Part shown: one piece after another, positions 40,617-51,516 of the stretch
Numbering within the stretch: position 1 is the first letter of the stretch
Layout: each line of letters starts with the position of its first letter
NCBI GenBank assembly: GCA_963822445.1
Contig: CAWGHO010000002.1
Location: 2,208,001 to 2,272,000, forward strand
Direction of reading: 5' to 3'
Length of the DNA: 64,000 nt
Source: an uncultured Acidobacteriota bacterium
GTDB lineage: Bacteria; Acidobacteriota; Thermoanaerobaculia; Gp7-AA8
The notes under the pieces: model-generated
Told to the model about the DNA's origin: nothing
The model's input: the letters and a program-made list of their open reading frames with translations, nothing else
Database searches by the model: none
Made by a program: the position numbers and the translations under genes

Positions 40617-40668
40617 GGGGGCCGGCCGCCGATTGTACGGCAGGAGCCCCGCACGCTAGGATTCGCGG

Positions 40669-41739
40669 ATGGCAGTGCGGACAGTGATCGTGGGTACGGG
40701 CAGCTACATCCCGCCGGTGCGCGTCCCGAATGACGCCTTCCTGGACCGCGACTTCCGGGACAGCGATGGGTCGCCTCTCGCGAAGACCAACCCCGAGATC
40801 CTCCAGCAGTTCGAGTCGATCACCGGGATCGGCGAGCGCCGTTACGTGCCCGAAAACGTCGTGACCTCGGACATCGCCTTCGACGCGGCCAGGGACGCGC
40901 TCGAGTCATCAAAGGTCGATCCGGAATCGCTCGATTACCTGATCGTCGCCCACAACTTCGGCGACGTGCGAAAGGGCGGCCGCTCGGATCTCGTGCCGGC
41001 GCTTGCGGCGCGGGTCAAAGCGCGGCTGCAGATCAGGAACCCGTTCACCGTCGCTTACGACCTGGTGATGGGCTGTCCGGGCTGGCTGCAGGGGATGATC
41101 ACCGCCGACGCGCTGATCCGCGCCGGTGACGCGAAGCGGGCCATGGTCATCGGCGCGGAAACTCTGTCGCGCGTCTCCGATCCGCACGATCGCGACAGCC
41201 TGATTTACGCCGACGGCGCCGGCGCGACGATCGTGGAGGCGCGGGAGACGGCCGAGGATGTGGGGATGCTCGCGCACGCGACGCGGTCGGACACGCTCGA
41301 TCATTCGTCGATGCTCTCCATGGGCCCGTCGTACAAGGAGGAAGTCTTCCTCGAATCGCTCTTCCTGAAGATGGAAGGCCGCAAGCTCTACAAATACGCG
41401 CTGCAGACCGTGGCCGGGGCGATGCAGAAGTGTCTGGACAAGGCCGGCGTGACGATCAGTCAGGTGAAGAAGATCCTCCTGCATCAGGCCAACGGGAAGA
41501 TGGACGAGGCGATCCTGGCCGCGTTCTACGACATCTACGGGACGCCGCCGCCGCCTGATGTGCTCCCGATGACCATTTCGTGGCTCGGGAACAGCTCCGT
41601 GGCCACGGTGCCGACATTGATCGATTTGATCACCAAGGGGCGTCTGGAACCGCACCGCTTCAATTCCGGCGACATCCTCCTTTTTGCCTCGGTCGGCGCG
41701 GGGATGCACATCAACGCCGCGGCTTACCGCTGGGGTTGA
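40669..41739 (+). CDS. fabH: 3-oxoacyl-ACP synthase III family
   Basis: GTGSYIP, MGCPGW, HQAN, GNSS. Confidence 0.85.
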   Translation: MAVRTVIVGTGSYIPPVRVPNDAFLDRDFRDSDGSPLAKTNPEILQQFESITGIGERRYVPENVVTSDIAFDAARDALESSKVDPESLDYLIVAHNFGDVRKGGRSDLVPALAARVKARLQIRNPFTVAYDLVMGCPGWLQGMITADALIRAGDAKRAMVIGAETLSRVSDPHDRDSLIYADGAGATIVEARETAEDVGMLAHATRSDTLDHSSMLSMGPSYKEEVFLESLFLKMEGRKLYKYALQTVAGAMQKCLDKAGVTISQVKKILLHQANGKMDEAILAAFYDIYGTPPPPDVLPMTISWLGNSSVATVPTLIDLITKGRLEPHRFNSGDILLFASVGAGMHINAAAYRWG

Positions 41740-41960
41740 TCGTCGGGTTCCTCCGGCCCGGGCTCGTACGCCAGCAGATCTCCCGGCTGACATTCGAGCG
41801 CTTCGCACAATTTCGCTAGCGTCGAGAAACGCACGCCGCGGACTTTGCCTGAGCGAAACAGCGAGAGATGGGTCTCGCTCACGCCGATCATCGCGGCGAC
41901 CTCTTTCGCCTTGAGCTTTCGCGCGGCGAGCACGGCGTCGATGGTGATGACGATCGGCAT
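41724..41960 (-). CDS. Cro/C1 HTH regulator (YozG-like)
   Basis: MPIVITID...GVRFSTLAKLCEALECQPGDLL. Confidence 0.9.
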   Translation of the reverse strand: MPIVITIDAVLAARKLKAKEVAAMIGVSETHLSLFRSGKVRGVRFSTLAKLCEALECQPGDLLAYEPGPEEPDDQPQR

Positions 41961-42472
41961 CAGAAGATCTCGTCCAGTTCGGATTGAATCGCCGATGCGT
42001 GGCGCAACACGCCCGCCATCGCTTTGAGAGCGAGACCGATCGCGCCGAGCACGAGGCCCGCGGCATCGAAGGCGATCCAGTGGCCGGCGTGAAATCCGAG
42101 GAGATTGCAGATGCCTGGGACGAGGAAGATGCGCGCCGCTGAGCCGATGGCGAGGACGATGCCGACGCGATCGAGCATGCGCGTCATCGGCAGCGCGAAC
42201 AGCTCGCCGCGCGAGAACGCCGCCAGCGCCTCCCGCACCCACCACAGCCCCAGCAGAAACAGCCCCTCGGGGAGCGCGGCAACGGCCTGACAGGCGAGCT
42301 CGCGGAGGGCGTGTTCGGCGAAGCCGCTCTGGATGGCCTTGATCGTGACGTTGCTGAATCGCTCAAGAACGACGAGGGTCAGGCAGATGGCCCAGAGGAT
42401 GGTCACGAATCGCCGCATTTTCGCGCTAAGTCGCTGGATGGAAACGGTGTTATCGGTCATCACGCCGTTCAT
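41960..42472 (-). CDS. DUF2975 membrane protein
   Basis: TM helices, C-terminal IQSELDEIF, coupled to the HTH gene. Confidence 0.8.
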   Translation of the reverse strand: MNGVMTDNTVSIQRLSAKMRRFVTILWAICLTLVVLERFSNVTIKAIQSGFAEHALRELACQAVAALPEGLFLLGLWWVREALAAFSRGELFALPMTRMLDRVGIVLAIGSAARIFLVPGICNLLGFHAGHWIAFDAAGLVLGAIGLALKAMAGVLRHASAIQSELDEIF

Positions 42473-42505
42473 GGTAATTTAACTCTTAGTTAAAGTACAT
42501 CGCCG

Positions 42506-43414
42506 ATGAACTGCCTCGAAACCTCCGACCTTTCCCACCGCTTCGCCAACCACGACGTCCTTTCCGGCGTGAGTCTCGAGGTCCCCACCGGCAGTATTTA
42601 CGGCTTTCTCGGACCGAACGGCGCCGGCAAGACGACCACCCTCCGCCTGATCCTCGGCCTGCTGAAAACACAGCGCGGCGAGATCCGGATTTTCGGCCAG
42701 CGCTTCGATACGAACCGCATCGCAATCCTCCGAAACGTCGGCTCGATGATCGAGAGCCCGTCGCTTTACGACCATCTGACCGCCGTCGAGAACCTGCGGC
42801 TGCTGCAGCTCATCCATCGCTGTCCCGACAGCCGCATTCGCGAAGTGCTGGAACTGGTCGGATTGCAGAACACGGGAAAGAAACGCGCGAAGCAGTTCTC
42901 GCTGGGCATGCGGCAACGGCTGTCGATCGCCGCGGCGCTGCTGCACCGGCCCTCGCTGATCATCCTCGATGAGCCGACGAACGGTCTCGACCCGAACGGC
43001 ATCATCGACATCCGCAATCTGCTGATCGAGCTCAATCGCCGCGACGGTTGCACGATCCTCGTCTCGAGCCATCTGCTGGCGGAGATCGAGAGACTGGCCA
43101 CGCACGTGGGGATTCTCGGGAAAGGGAAGCTGCTGTTTCAGGGAACGATCGACGAGCTGCGGCGGCACCGCCAGGAAGTCACGTCGATCCAGATTTCCAC
43201 CAGCGACAACGACGACGCGGTGCGCGCGATCAACGAGCACGGCATCGCCGCGCGACTGGTCAATGGCGAAGTGGTTCTTCCGGCGCTCACCCGCGATCGC
43301 ATCGCGGCGCTGAATCGGCAACTGAACGCGCGCAATCTCGACGTCTACGAGATCCGGACCGTTCGGAATGATCTGGAAACGATCTTTCTGAACCTGGTCG
43401 GGAGCGGCGAATGA
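42506..43414 (+). CDS. ABC transporter ATP-binding protein (BcrA/LanF-like)
   Basis: GPNGAGKTT, FSLGMRQRL, LDEPTNGLDP. Confidence 0.93.
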   Translation: MNCLETSDLSHRFANHDVLSGVSLEVPTGSIYGFLGPNGAGKTTTLRLILGLLKTQRGEIRIFGQRFDTNRIAILRNVGSMIESPSLYDHLTAVENLRLLQLIHRCPDSRIREVLELVGLQNTGKKRAKQFSLGMRQRLSIAAALLHRPSLIILDEPTNGLDPNGIIDIRNLLIELNRRDGCTILVSSHLLAEIERLATHVGILGKGKLLFQGTIDELRRHRQEVTSIQISTSDNDDAVRAINEHGIAARLVNGEVVLPALTRDRIAALNRQLNARNLDVYEIRTVRNDLETIFLNLVGSGE

Positions 43415-44199
43415 GTGGCGCGACGTTCGTGCACGCGTTTCAAGGCGAGTGGCTGAAACGGAAGCGGAGTTTCGCCTCGGTCATGGTGATCGCGGGAAGT
43501 CTCTTCACGCCGGCGATCGTCGCCGCGGTGCGTCTGATTCACCATCGCGGTCTGCCGAAACTCTATGCGGCGGATGGTTTCTGGCCGGCCATGTGGCGGG
43601 CCTGCTGGGAGTCGATGGCAATCTTTTTTCTACCGCTCGGTGTGATCCTGGCGACGAGTCTGATCACCCAGATCGAGTTCAAGAGCAACGCCTGGAAACA
43701 GGTTCACGCGCTTCCCGTCAGCGCGGCGGTGATCTTCCTGTCCAAGCTCGCGGTGATTCTCGTGATGATGGCTCAGTTCCTGGCGCTGTTTACGGTGGGC
43801 ATCTACGTTTCGGCGATGATTCCCTGGCTGCTCGTGCCCGGCGTGCCGTATCCGAAGGGCAGCTTTCTGGAGCTGCCGTTACTGAGGGAGAACGCGCTCT
43901 ACTTCGTCGGCTGCCTGCCGATCATCGCCGCGCAATATCTGATGGCGTTGCGCTCGAACAACGTCCTGATCCCGATCGGCATCGGCTTCATGGCCTGGAT
44001 CGGCGCGATCGCCTCCGTCTCCTCGCGCTTCGCGGTGTGGTGGCCGTACGGCTACACGATCATCCATTACGTGCGGGACAAACCGAAAGGCGCGCATCTC
44101 GCGGCCTTCACGCAACTGCACTGGCTGGCAGGAGCGTTCTTCGTCGTCCTGACGATCGTCAGTTACGTGCTCTTCATTACGAAGAGTGAGAAGGGATAA
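43411..44199 (+). CDS. ABC-2 permease
   Basis: About 6 TM helices; EWLKRKRS; coupled to the ATPase gene. Confidence 0.85.
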   Translation: MSGATFVHAFQGEWLKRKRSFASVMVIAGSLFTPAIVAAVRLIHHRGLPKLYAADGFWPAMWRACWESMAIFFLPLGVILATSLITQIEFKSNAWKQVHALPVSAAVIFLSKLAVILVMMAQFLALFTVGIYVSAMIPWLLVPGVPYPKGSFLELPLLRENALYFVGCLPIIAAQYLMALRSNNVLIPIGIGFMAWIGAIASVSSRFAVWWPYGYTIIHYVRDKPKGAHLAAFTQLHWLAGAFFVVLTIVSYVLFITKSEKG

Positions 44200-44216
44200 G
44201 GCGTAAAATCACGGCC

Positions 44217-44768
44217 ATGGCGCTGCAGGCCACGACCAAGCTGACGTACGACGACTACGTGCTCATCCCGGATGACGGTCTGCGTCACGAGATCATCGAT
44301 GGGGAGCATCATGTGAATCCCGCCCCGAACGTTCGTCACCAGCGCATCTCTGGACGCATTTTCCGAGCAGTCGCGGACTTCGTCGACGAGCAGGATCTCG
44401 GCGACGTCTTTTACTCGCCGATCGACGTGGTTTTCTCGAAGCACAACGTCGTTCAGCCCGATCTTCTCTTCGTGCGAAAAGCCAGCGTCGCCGATGTTGA
44501 CGGCGCGTTCGTGAAGGTCGTGCCGGACCTCGTGATCGAGATTCTTTCGATCAGCAATCGCAGGCACGACGAAGTTCGCAAGCTGAAGGTTTACGACACC
44601 TTCAAGGTCCCCGAGTACTGGATCGTCGACCCGGAAGACGATCTCGTGAGCATCTATCGGCGTCGCAGCGAGACTCTAACCCTCGTAGAGAAAGTCGATG
44701 TCGACGGCACGATCACCTCGCCGCTGTTTCCCGGGTTTGCGCTGTCGGCGCACGCCGTGTTCGCGTAG
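44217..44768 (+). CDS. Uma2-family endonuclease
   Basis: EIIDGE, VQPDL, PDLVIEILS, VPEYWIVDP. Confidence 0.92.
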   Translation: MALQATTKLTYDDYVLIPDDGLRHEIIDGEHHVNPAPNVRHQRISGRIFRAVADFVDEQDLGDVFYSPIDVVFSKHNVVQPDLLFVRKASVADVDGAFVKVVPDLVIEILSISNRRHDEVRKLKVYDTFKVPEYWIVDPEDDLVSIYRRRSETLTLVEKVDVDGTITSPLFPGFALSAHAVFA

Positions 44769-44772
44769 CCCC

Positions 44773-44841
44773 GTGTAGTGTGGGCCTCTGGCCTACTTCC
44801 GGGCGGGGGAACGAAAGGTAGGCCGGAGGCCCACACTACAC
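44773..44841. repeat. GTAG-type REP palindrome between convergent genes
   Basis: GTGTAGTGTGGGCCTCTGGCCTAC / GTAGGCCGGAGGCCCACACTACAC; related half-copy near 34807-34831. Confidence 0.8.
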
Positions 44842-44843
44842 CG

Positions 44844-46340
44844 TCACAGCCGGCCCGTGATCTCCGCGAGCCGCCGCAACTTCTCCGCGTGCTCGCGCGT
44901 CAACGCCCCGAGTTGCAGACGCCAGCTCCAGTTGCCATGCTCGGCGCCGGGGCGGTTCATGCGGCCTTCGCTACCGAGTCCGAGGATGTCCTGGACGGGG
45001 ACGACCGCGACTTCGGCGACGGAGGTGTAGGCGGTGCGGATCAGGCCCCAGGCGATGTCGGTTTCGTCGCAGCCGAGGTAGTCGCGCGAGCCTTCGCGCT
45101 CGAGCTCGGGGGCCGCGGCGAACCAGCCTCTGGCCGTGTCGTTGTCATGCGTGCCCGTGTAGACCACGGTGCGCGGCTCGAAGCGATGCGGGAGGTGGGG
45201 GCTGTCGATCTGCGCGAACGCGAACTGCAGGATGCGCATGCCCGGCACATCGATCGCCTGCCGCAGCTCATGCACATCCTCGGTGATGAACCCGAGATCC
45301 TCGGCGATGAGGGGCAGATCCCCGAGGGCCGCGCGAATTGCGTCGAACAGCGCCTTGCCCGGACCGGGCATCCAGCGGCCGTGAATCGCGGTCGGCTCGC
45401 TCGCCGGGATTTCCCAGTACGCGGCGAATCCGCGGAAATGATCGAGGCGGACGATGTCCGCGAACCGCAGATTCGCGCGCACGCGCTCGATCCACCATTT
45501 GTAATTCGTCTCGCGGAGCTTCTCCCAGCGATACAGCGGATTGCCCCAGCGCTGGCCGGTCTCGCTGAAGTAATCGGGCGGCACGCCGGCGACGACGGTC
45601 GGACGGCCCTTCGCGTCGAGCTCGAACAGCTCGCGATTGCCCCAGACGTCGGCGCTGTCCCACGCCACGTAAATCGGGATGTCGCCGATGATCTTGATTC
45701 CTCGCGCGTGCGCGGCCTCGCGCACGTCCTGCCATTGTTTGAAGAAGAGGAACTGCGTGAAGCGCCAGAACGCGATGTCGTCCGCGAGCTCCGTCCGCGC
45801 GATGTCGAGAGCCTTGGTGTCGCGACGCGCCAGCTTCGCTTCCCACTCCCACCACGGCGCACCGCCGGCACGTTCTTTCAGGGACATGAACAGCGCGTAG
45901 TCATCGAGCCAATCGCATTGCTCGGGCGCGTCGCAGAACGTGTCGAGCGACACGTGATCCTCGAAACGTTTCCACGCCTTTCGCAGCAATCCGTATTTCA
46001 GCTCGCAGACCTGCTCGAACTCCACGCGATCGTCGGGAAACGTCGGCAGATCCGAAACGTCCGCAGCCTCGAGCAACTCGTCCTGCAGCAATTTCTGGGG
46101 CGAGATCAACAACGGATTGCCGGCGAACGACGACAGGCATCCGTAAGGCGAGTAGCCGTATCCCGGCGGATTGAGCGGCAGCACCTGCCACATGCGCATG
46201 CCCGCGTTCGCGGCCCAGTCGAGGAAGGCCACGAGGTGATTGCCGACGTCGCCGATGCCGTAAACGCCGGGCAACGACGTCGGATGCAGGAGCACGCCCG
46301 CGCTGCGGCCCGTGCTCGGAGGATGAACCGTGGTGTGCAT
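44844..46340 (-). CDS. malQ: 4-alpha-glucanotransferase (GH77)
   Basis: GVLLHPTSLP, GVPPDYFSETGQRWGNP, RLDHFRGF, AEDLG, YTGTHDN. Confidence 0.95.
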   Translation of the reverse strand: MHTTVHPPSTGRSAGVLLHPTSLPGVYGIGDVGNHLVAFLDWAANAGMRMWQVLPLNPPGYGYSPYGCLSSFAGNPLLISPQKLLQDELLEAADVSDLPTFPDDRVEFEQVCELKYGLLRKAWKRFEDHVSLDTFCDAPEQCDWLDDYALFMSLKERAGGAPWWEWEAKLARRDTKALDIARTELADDIAFWRFTQFLFFKQWQDVREAAHARGIKIIGDIPIYVAWDSADVWGNRELFELDAKGRPTVVAGVPPDYFSETGQRWGNPLYRWEKLRETNYKWWIERVRANLRFADIVRLDHFRGFAAYWEIPASEPTAIHGRWMPGPGKALFDAIRAALGDLPLIAEDLGFITEDVHELRQAIDVPGMRILQFAFAQIDSPHLPHRFEPRTVVYTGTHDNDTARGWFAAAPELEREGSRDYLGCDETDIAWGLIRTAYTSVAEVAVVPVQDILGLGSEGRMNRPGAEHGNWSWRLQLGALTREHAEKLRRLAEITGRL

Positions 46341-46353
46341 GCGGACGCGGATC

Positions 46354-48749
46354 TTAAACGCGAAGTGTCGCGCGCGCGTCGGTGGTGATGGACAGTTTCT
46401 CGCCGAGCGTATCGAAGAGCTCGATCCAGTGACGCGCCGCTTCGTTCTGCGCAGCGGACGCTTCAATGGCGCCGCGAACCGCTTTGCGCATCCGGTAGTA
46501 ACGGTTCTGCGCCGCTCGGAGATCGACGGCCAGGTTCGCTTCCCGGACGATGCTCACCAGCGACTCCAGCGTCTCGAGCCGATCGGCGTCATCCGGACGC
46601 TCGCGGAAAAGCTCCGATGCCCGCTCGATCGCGCGGCGGAAGGCCATCAGCGTCGTTTCATCGAGGGTGACGCTTTCCTCGCGCGCCTCGCGCAAGCGAA
46701 CCTCGATCTCCGCAAGCGGCAAAGGATCTTCGTCAACCAGCCGGCGGATCTGCAGATTGAGGTCGAACTCGGCCGCGGTGCGCAGGACTTTCGGGACGGG
46801 GATGCCCAGGCGGTTGTGGAAGCGGACCAGCGGGTCGTAGCGCTCGTGCAACTGGCGGAATGTCGACTCCGCCTCGTCGAGCGTCGTGTTCAGCAGATCG
46901 TGCAGGAGGCGCCTCTGTTCGTCGCGGAACAGCGAGCGGATGGAGAGCGGCGTCTCTCCGAAATGCTGGTCGAGCAGGCGGATGACGTGCGGGATCTCGC
47001 CCGGTTCCATCGCCTCGGCCAGCTTCGCGCGAACCTCCTCGAAATCCTGACCGGCAGGTCGGATGCCGCCGGTGAGCTCCGTTTCGCCGAGGTGGAGGAC
47101 GGCCAGGTCGAAGGCGGCGGTTTCGTGGGTGATCGTCGAGCGCACTTCGATCGATCCGAGGCCCATGCGCGCGCGGCCGGCCTTGTGAATCTCGAAATCG
47201 CGGCGGAAGACGTCGTAGCAGTAGACCTGGGTGCGGTCGTCGAAGCGTGTCGAAGAGCGAAAGCACCGCGTAATGCGCGGCGACGCGGCGCAGGTCGAGG
47301 CGGGCCGCAATGACGTCACGCTCGTAGATCTGCCGCGCATTTCCGCGCTCCGGCACATTGCTGCGCGCGGGCTGAGAGCAGGTCGAGGAAATGCGGCTCG
47401 ATCGACGTTCCCGAGATGCGCTCGGCGAGTTGAATCACGCGGCCGGCGTAATGCAACACCTGCACGGTCTCGATCCCGGAGATGTCGCTGAAGAACCAGC
47501 CGCAGCTCGTGTACATGAGCATCGCGTTGCGCTGCATCTCCAGCAGCTCGAGGATCGTGTTCACCTGCGGCGCGTCGCCGACGGCGTGACGCAGCACGAA
47601 GCGGGCGACGCTCTCGTCGGAGCGGTCGAGGATCACGTCGACGTAGTCCTCGCGCGCCGCCCAGGGATCGCGGAGCACGCGCGCGCCATGCTGCTCGAAG
47701 ATGATGGCCACTTCGTCGCGCAACCAGTCGAGTGCGATCCGCAACGGCGTGCGCCATTGCTGGTTCCAGCCGTGCGCGCTGCCGGTGTTGCATCCGCAGT
47801 CGCTGCGCCAGCGCTCGACGCCGTGCGCGCAACTCCAGGACGTGCGCTCGACGATCTGCACCTCGCGCGTGGGCGGATGCTTGGCCAGATGTTCCGCGTA
47901 GTTGGTCAGCTCGGCCAGCTTGTGGTCCTCGATGTACTTCAGCGCGTAGGCGAGGGCCATCTCCCCGAAACGGTGATGGTGGCCGTACGTCTCGCCGTCC
48001 GTGGCAATGCTCACCAGTTGCGGATGCGTGCGCGTGTCGCCGAACGCTCCTGCCAGGCGATGAGCGAGATTCTCGCCCTGCGCGAGCAGCTGTTCGAACG
48101 CGACCGCCCGCGAGATCGGCCCGTCGTAGAAGACGATGGCGATCGACGCACCTGAGGGGAGGCGGCAGATGTAGGGCTGTGTGGGGTCGACCGCGAAGCC
48201 GTCCCACCTGGCCTGATGCGGTTCGAGAATGGTGAAGGCGATCCCTTCCGCGGCGAGCGCTTCCAGCGAGGCGATGTCCACCGCCGTCTCGGCGAGCCAC
48301 ATGCCCTCGGGCTTGCGGCCGAAGCGGCACTCGAAATCGCGCACGCCCCACCGAACCTGCGTGCGCTGATCGCGCGCGTTGGCCAGCGGAAGAATGATGT
48401 GGTTGTAAGCCTGGGCGATGGCGTTCCCGTGACCGGAGAAACGCTCGCGGGAGATGCGATCGGCGTCGATGATCGCCGCATAGCGTTTCCGTCGCGATCG
48501 TGCCAGCCAGCTCAGAAGCGTCGGACCGAAGTTGAAACTGATCGAGGCGTAATTGTTGTCGATGGCCCGGATGCGATCGACGTCATCGAGAATCCGCGCG
48601 GTCGCGTTCGGTTCATAGCACTCGGTCGTAATGCGCTCGTTCCAGTCATGGTAAGGAAACGCCGAGTCCTGCGTCTCCACCGCCTCCAGCCATGGATTCT
48701 CCCGCGGCGGCTGATAGAAATGGCCGTGGATGGTGATGAAGCGGTTCAT
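46354..48749 (-). pseudogene. GH57 / DUF3536 glycoside hydrolase, frameshifted near 47.2-47.4 kb
   Basis: IHGHFYQPPRENPW, GMWLAET, ATDGETYGHH, YTSCGWFF; C-terminus in other frames. Confidence 0.88.
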
Positions 48750-48768
48750 TGGGGGGATCGTATCGTGC

Positions 48769-48844
48769 GTTACGGGGTTGCGGGGTTACGAGGTTACGAG
48801 GTAGGAAATCCCCCGTAACCTCGCGACCCCGTAACCCCGCAACC
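48769..48844. repeat. Inverted array of 8-bp tandem repeats (GTTACGRG)
   Basis: 4 units, spacer, 4 inverted units. Confidence 0.85.
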
Positions 48845-48888
48845 ATTTGCGTATACAGTCCCTCCACTTCGCAACAAGGAGACAATTC

Positions 48889-49758
48889 ATGGCTGATTCA
48901 CAGTTGCAGGAGCTCGCCGACGTACTGCGAAAGAACGAGGCGGCGATTCTTCAGGAGTGGCTGCGGCTGCAGGAGCAGAACCTCTCCATGCGGAACAACC
49001 TCCTCAAGGCGGGTGAGCTGGAGCAGCAGTGCCGCGAGTTCCTGACCGTTCTCGGACGCGCGTTCGCGTCCGCGCGCGATGCCGACGTCATGACTTCCGA
49101 GGCCTGGGCACCTGTGCGCGAAGTCGTGGCGGGGATCTCGAAGTCGCGCGCGCGGCAGGGGTTCACACCCGTCGAGACCGCGCTTTTCGTTTTCTCGCTC
49201 AAGCAGGCGTTCTTCGAAGCGATCCGCCGCGATGCGACCGGCGACGATCTGGCCGAGCGCATCTGGGTTGCGACGGTGATTCTCGACGCGCTCGGACTCT
49301 TCACCACCGAGACCTACCAGAAGGGCCGCGAAGAGATCATCAATCGCCAGCAGCAGGAACTGCTCGAGCTTTCCACTCCGGTCGTGCAACTCTGGCGCGG
49401 GATCCTGGCCGTTCCGCTGATCGGCACGCTCGACAGCGCGCGCACGCAGGTGGTCATGGAAAGCCTGCTGCAGACCATCGTCGAGACCGAAAGCTCCATC
49501 GCCATCATCGACATCACCGGCGTGCCGGTCGTCGACACGCTCGTCGCGCAGCATCTGCTCAAGACCGTGGCCGCGGCGCGGCTCATGGGCGCGGACTGCA
49601 TCATCAGCGGCATCCGTCCCCAGATCGCCCAGACCATCGTCCACCTCGGCGTGGAAATCTCCGACGTCATCACCAAAGCGACCATCGCCGACGCCTTCGC
49701 CATCGCGCTGGGCCGGCTCGGACTGACCATCTCCAGGCGTCCGGCCGGGGCGGTGTAG
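48889..49758 (+). CDS. rsbR: Stressosome RsbR (N-terminal sensor plus STAS)
   Basis: ELSTPVV, PLIGTLDSAR, DITGVPVVDT; AAGGAG RBS. Confidence 0.92.
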   Translation: MADSQLQELADVLRKNEAAILQEWLRLQEQNLSMRNNLLKAGELEQQCREFLTVLGRAFASARDADVMTSEAWAPVREVVAGISKSRARQGFTPVETALFVFSLKQAFFEAIRRDATGDDLAERIWVATVILDALGLFTTETYQKGREEIINRQQQELLELSTPVVQLWRGILAVPLIGTLDSARTQVVMESLLQTIVETESSIAIIDITGVPVVDTLVAQHLLKTVAAARLMGADCIISGIRPQIAQTIVHLGVEISDVITKATIADAFAIALGRLGLTISRRPAGAV

Positions 49759-49761
49759 GTC

Positions 49762-50157
49762 ATGGAACGGATTCCCATTCTGAAGATGGGGAGATTTCTC
49801 CTCGTCTCCATCCAGGTCGACATGGACGACCGCACGGCGATGAACCTGCAGGACGATCTCACCACGCAGATCGTGAAGCAGCGCGCGCGGGGCGTGCTCA
49901 TCGACATCTCCGGCCTCGACGTCGTCGATTCCTTCATCGGGCGCATGCTCGCCAACACCGCGGCCATGGCTCGCGTGCTCGACGCGGAGACGGTGGTCGT
50001 CGGCATGCAACCCTCGGTCGCCATCACCTTCGTCGAGCTCGGCCTGTCCCTGACCGGCGTGCGCTCCGCTCTGAACGTCGAGCGGGGCATGATCCTCCTT
50101 CAGGAAATCGCCGGTCGTGACGTCACAGGTCTCTCGGATGCCGGCGACGAAGACTGA
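49762..50157 (+). CDS. rsbS: Stressosome RsbS (STAS)
   Basis: IPILKM, IDIS..VVDSF, VGMQPSVAIT. Confidence 0.92.
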   Translation: MERIPILKMGRFLLVSIQVDMDDRTAMNLQDDLTTQIVKQRARGVLIDISGLDVVDSFIGRMLANTAAMARVLDAETVVVGMQPSVAITFVELGLSLTGVRSALNVERGMILLQEIAGRDVTGLSDAGDED

Positions 50158-50551
50158 GACGCTGTCGGTCAACGCAGGAGCGGAAGTCGTCAGCGTCCGC
50201 CATCGTGTGCGGAGCTTTGCCGTGGAGCTGGGCTTCAGCCTCGTGGAGCAGACCAAGATCGTCACCGCCGCCAGCGAGCTGGCGCGCAACATGGTCGATT
50301 ACGGCCGCGGCGGCGTCGTGACCATCGAAGCGCTGGACGAGGGGAGCCGCAAAGGCTTGCGGCTGACCTTCAAGGATCACGGGCCGGGCATCCCCAACAT
50401 TCAGGACGCGCTGCGCGACGGTTTCACCACTGGCTCGGGCATGGGCCTCGGCCTCGGCGGCGCGAAACGGCTCTCCAACGAGTTCGACATTCAATCGGCG
50501 CCGGGACAGGGCACGACGGTGACGATCGCGCGCTGGCGAGGTGGTACGTGA
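50138..50551 (+). CDS. rsbT: RsbT Ser/Thr kinase
   Basis: TAASELARN, DHGPGI, GLGLGGAKRL. Confidence 0.92.
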   Translation: MPATKTETLSVNAGAEVVSVRHRVRSFAVELGFSLVEQTKIVTAASELARNMVDYGRGGVVTIEALDEGSRKGLRLTFKDHGPGIPNIQDALRDGFTTGSGMGLGLGGAKRLSNEFDIQSAPGQGTTVTIARWRGGT

Positions 50552-51516
50552 TCGTCCACGTCTCCGACGGCAGCCAGGTCGCGCAGGCGCGGCGGATGGC
50601 GACGCAGCTCGCGCAGTCGCTGCGTTTCGGCGAGACCGCGGCGGGCAAAGCGGCCCTGGTGGCGACGGAGCTCGCGACGAACCTGCTCAAACACGGCGGC
50701 GGCGGGTCGATCCTTTTCTCGAAAGATGAAGTGCTGACGCTCGTCGCGATCGACAAGGGCCGCGGAATCGCCAACGTCGATGCCGCGCTGCGCGATGGCT
50801 TTTCGACAGCCGGCAGTCCGGGCACCGGTCTCGGCGCGATCTCCCGCGCCGCTGATTCGTTCGACGTGTATTCGCTTCCCGGTCAGGGGACGGCCGTGCT
50901 GTGCAAGGTGATCGAGAAGTCGATCGACGAGACGCCGATCCGCGTCGGTGGCGTGTGCATCGCGAAACCGAGCGAAGAGGTCTCGGGCGACGCCTGGACC
51001 GCGGTCACGTCATCCGAGGGTTTCGTGACCATCGCCGCGGTCGATGGGCTTGGCCACGGACCGTTTGCCGCGACCGCGTCGACCTCTGCCGTACGGATCA
51101 TTGCCGACCGCGCTGAAGCGACGCTCGAGACCATCCTGGCCGATGCGCATGCCGCGCTGCGGCCGACGCGTGGCGCCGCGGTGGGCATCGCCCGCATTCA
51201 TCCGGCGTTGAAGCGGATCGACTTTGCCGGAGTGGGGAACATCGCCGGTGGGGTAGTCTCGGAGGACGTGACCCGGCGCGTGGTCTCGCTGCCGGGCATC
51301 GTCGGCCACGAGATGCGCAAAGTGCAGACGTTTTCGTATCCCTGGACTCCGTCGTCGGTTCTGATCGTCCACTCGGACGGCATCTCCGGCAGCTGGAATC
51401 TGGCGAACTATCCCGGTCTGACGCAGCACGATCCCGCGCTCATCGCCGCGGTCCTCTACCGCGATTTCTGCCGCGGCACCGACGACGCGACGGTGGTGGT
51501 CGCAAAGGGCGCGTAG
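50548..51516 (+). CDS. HATPase plus SpoIIE/PP2C phosphatase (RsbX-like)
   Basis: ELATNL, SGDAW, VDGLGHG, HSDG, DDATV. Confidence 0.88.
   Translation: MIVHVSDGSQVAQARRMATQLAQSLRFGETAAGKAALVATELATNLLKHGGGGSILFSKDEVLTLVAIDKGRGIANVDAALRDGFSTAGSPGTGLGAISRAADSFDVYSLPGQGTAVLCKVIEKSIDETPIRVGGVCIAKPSEEVSGDAWTAVTSSEGFVTIAAVDGLGHGPFAATASTSAVRIIADRAEATLETILADAHAALRPTRGAAVGIARIHPALKRIDFAGVGNIAGGVVSEDVTRRVVSLPGIVGHEMRKVQTFSYPWTPSSVLIVHSDGISGSWNLANYPGLTQHDPALIAAVLYRDFCRGTDDATVVVAKGA

Noticed and set aside
42506-44199. Lantibiotic biosynthetic cluster
   Set aside because: Only a LanF/BcrA-like transporter is present, with no precursor or modifying enzymes.
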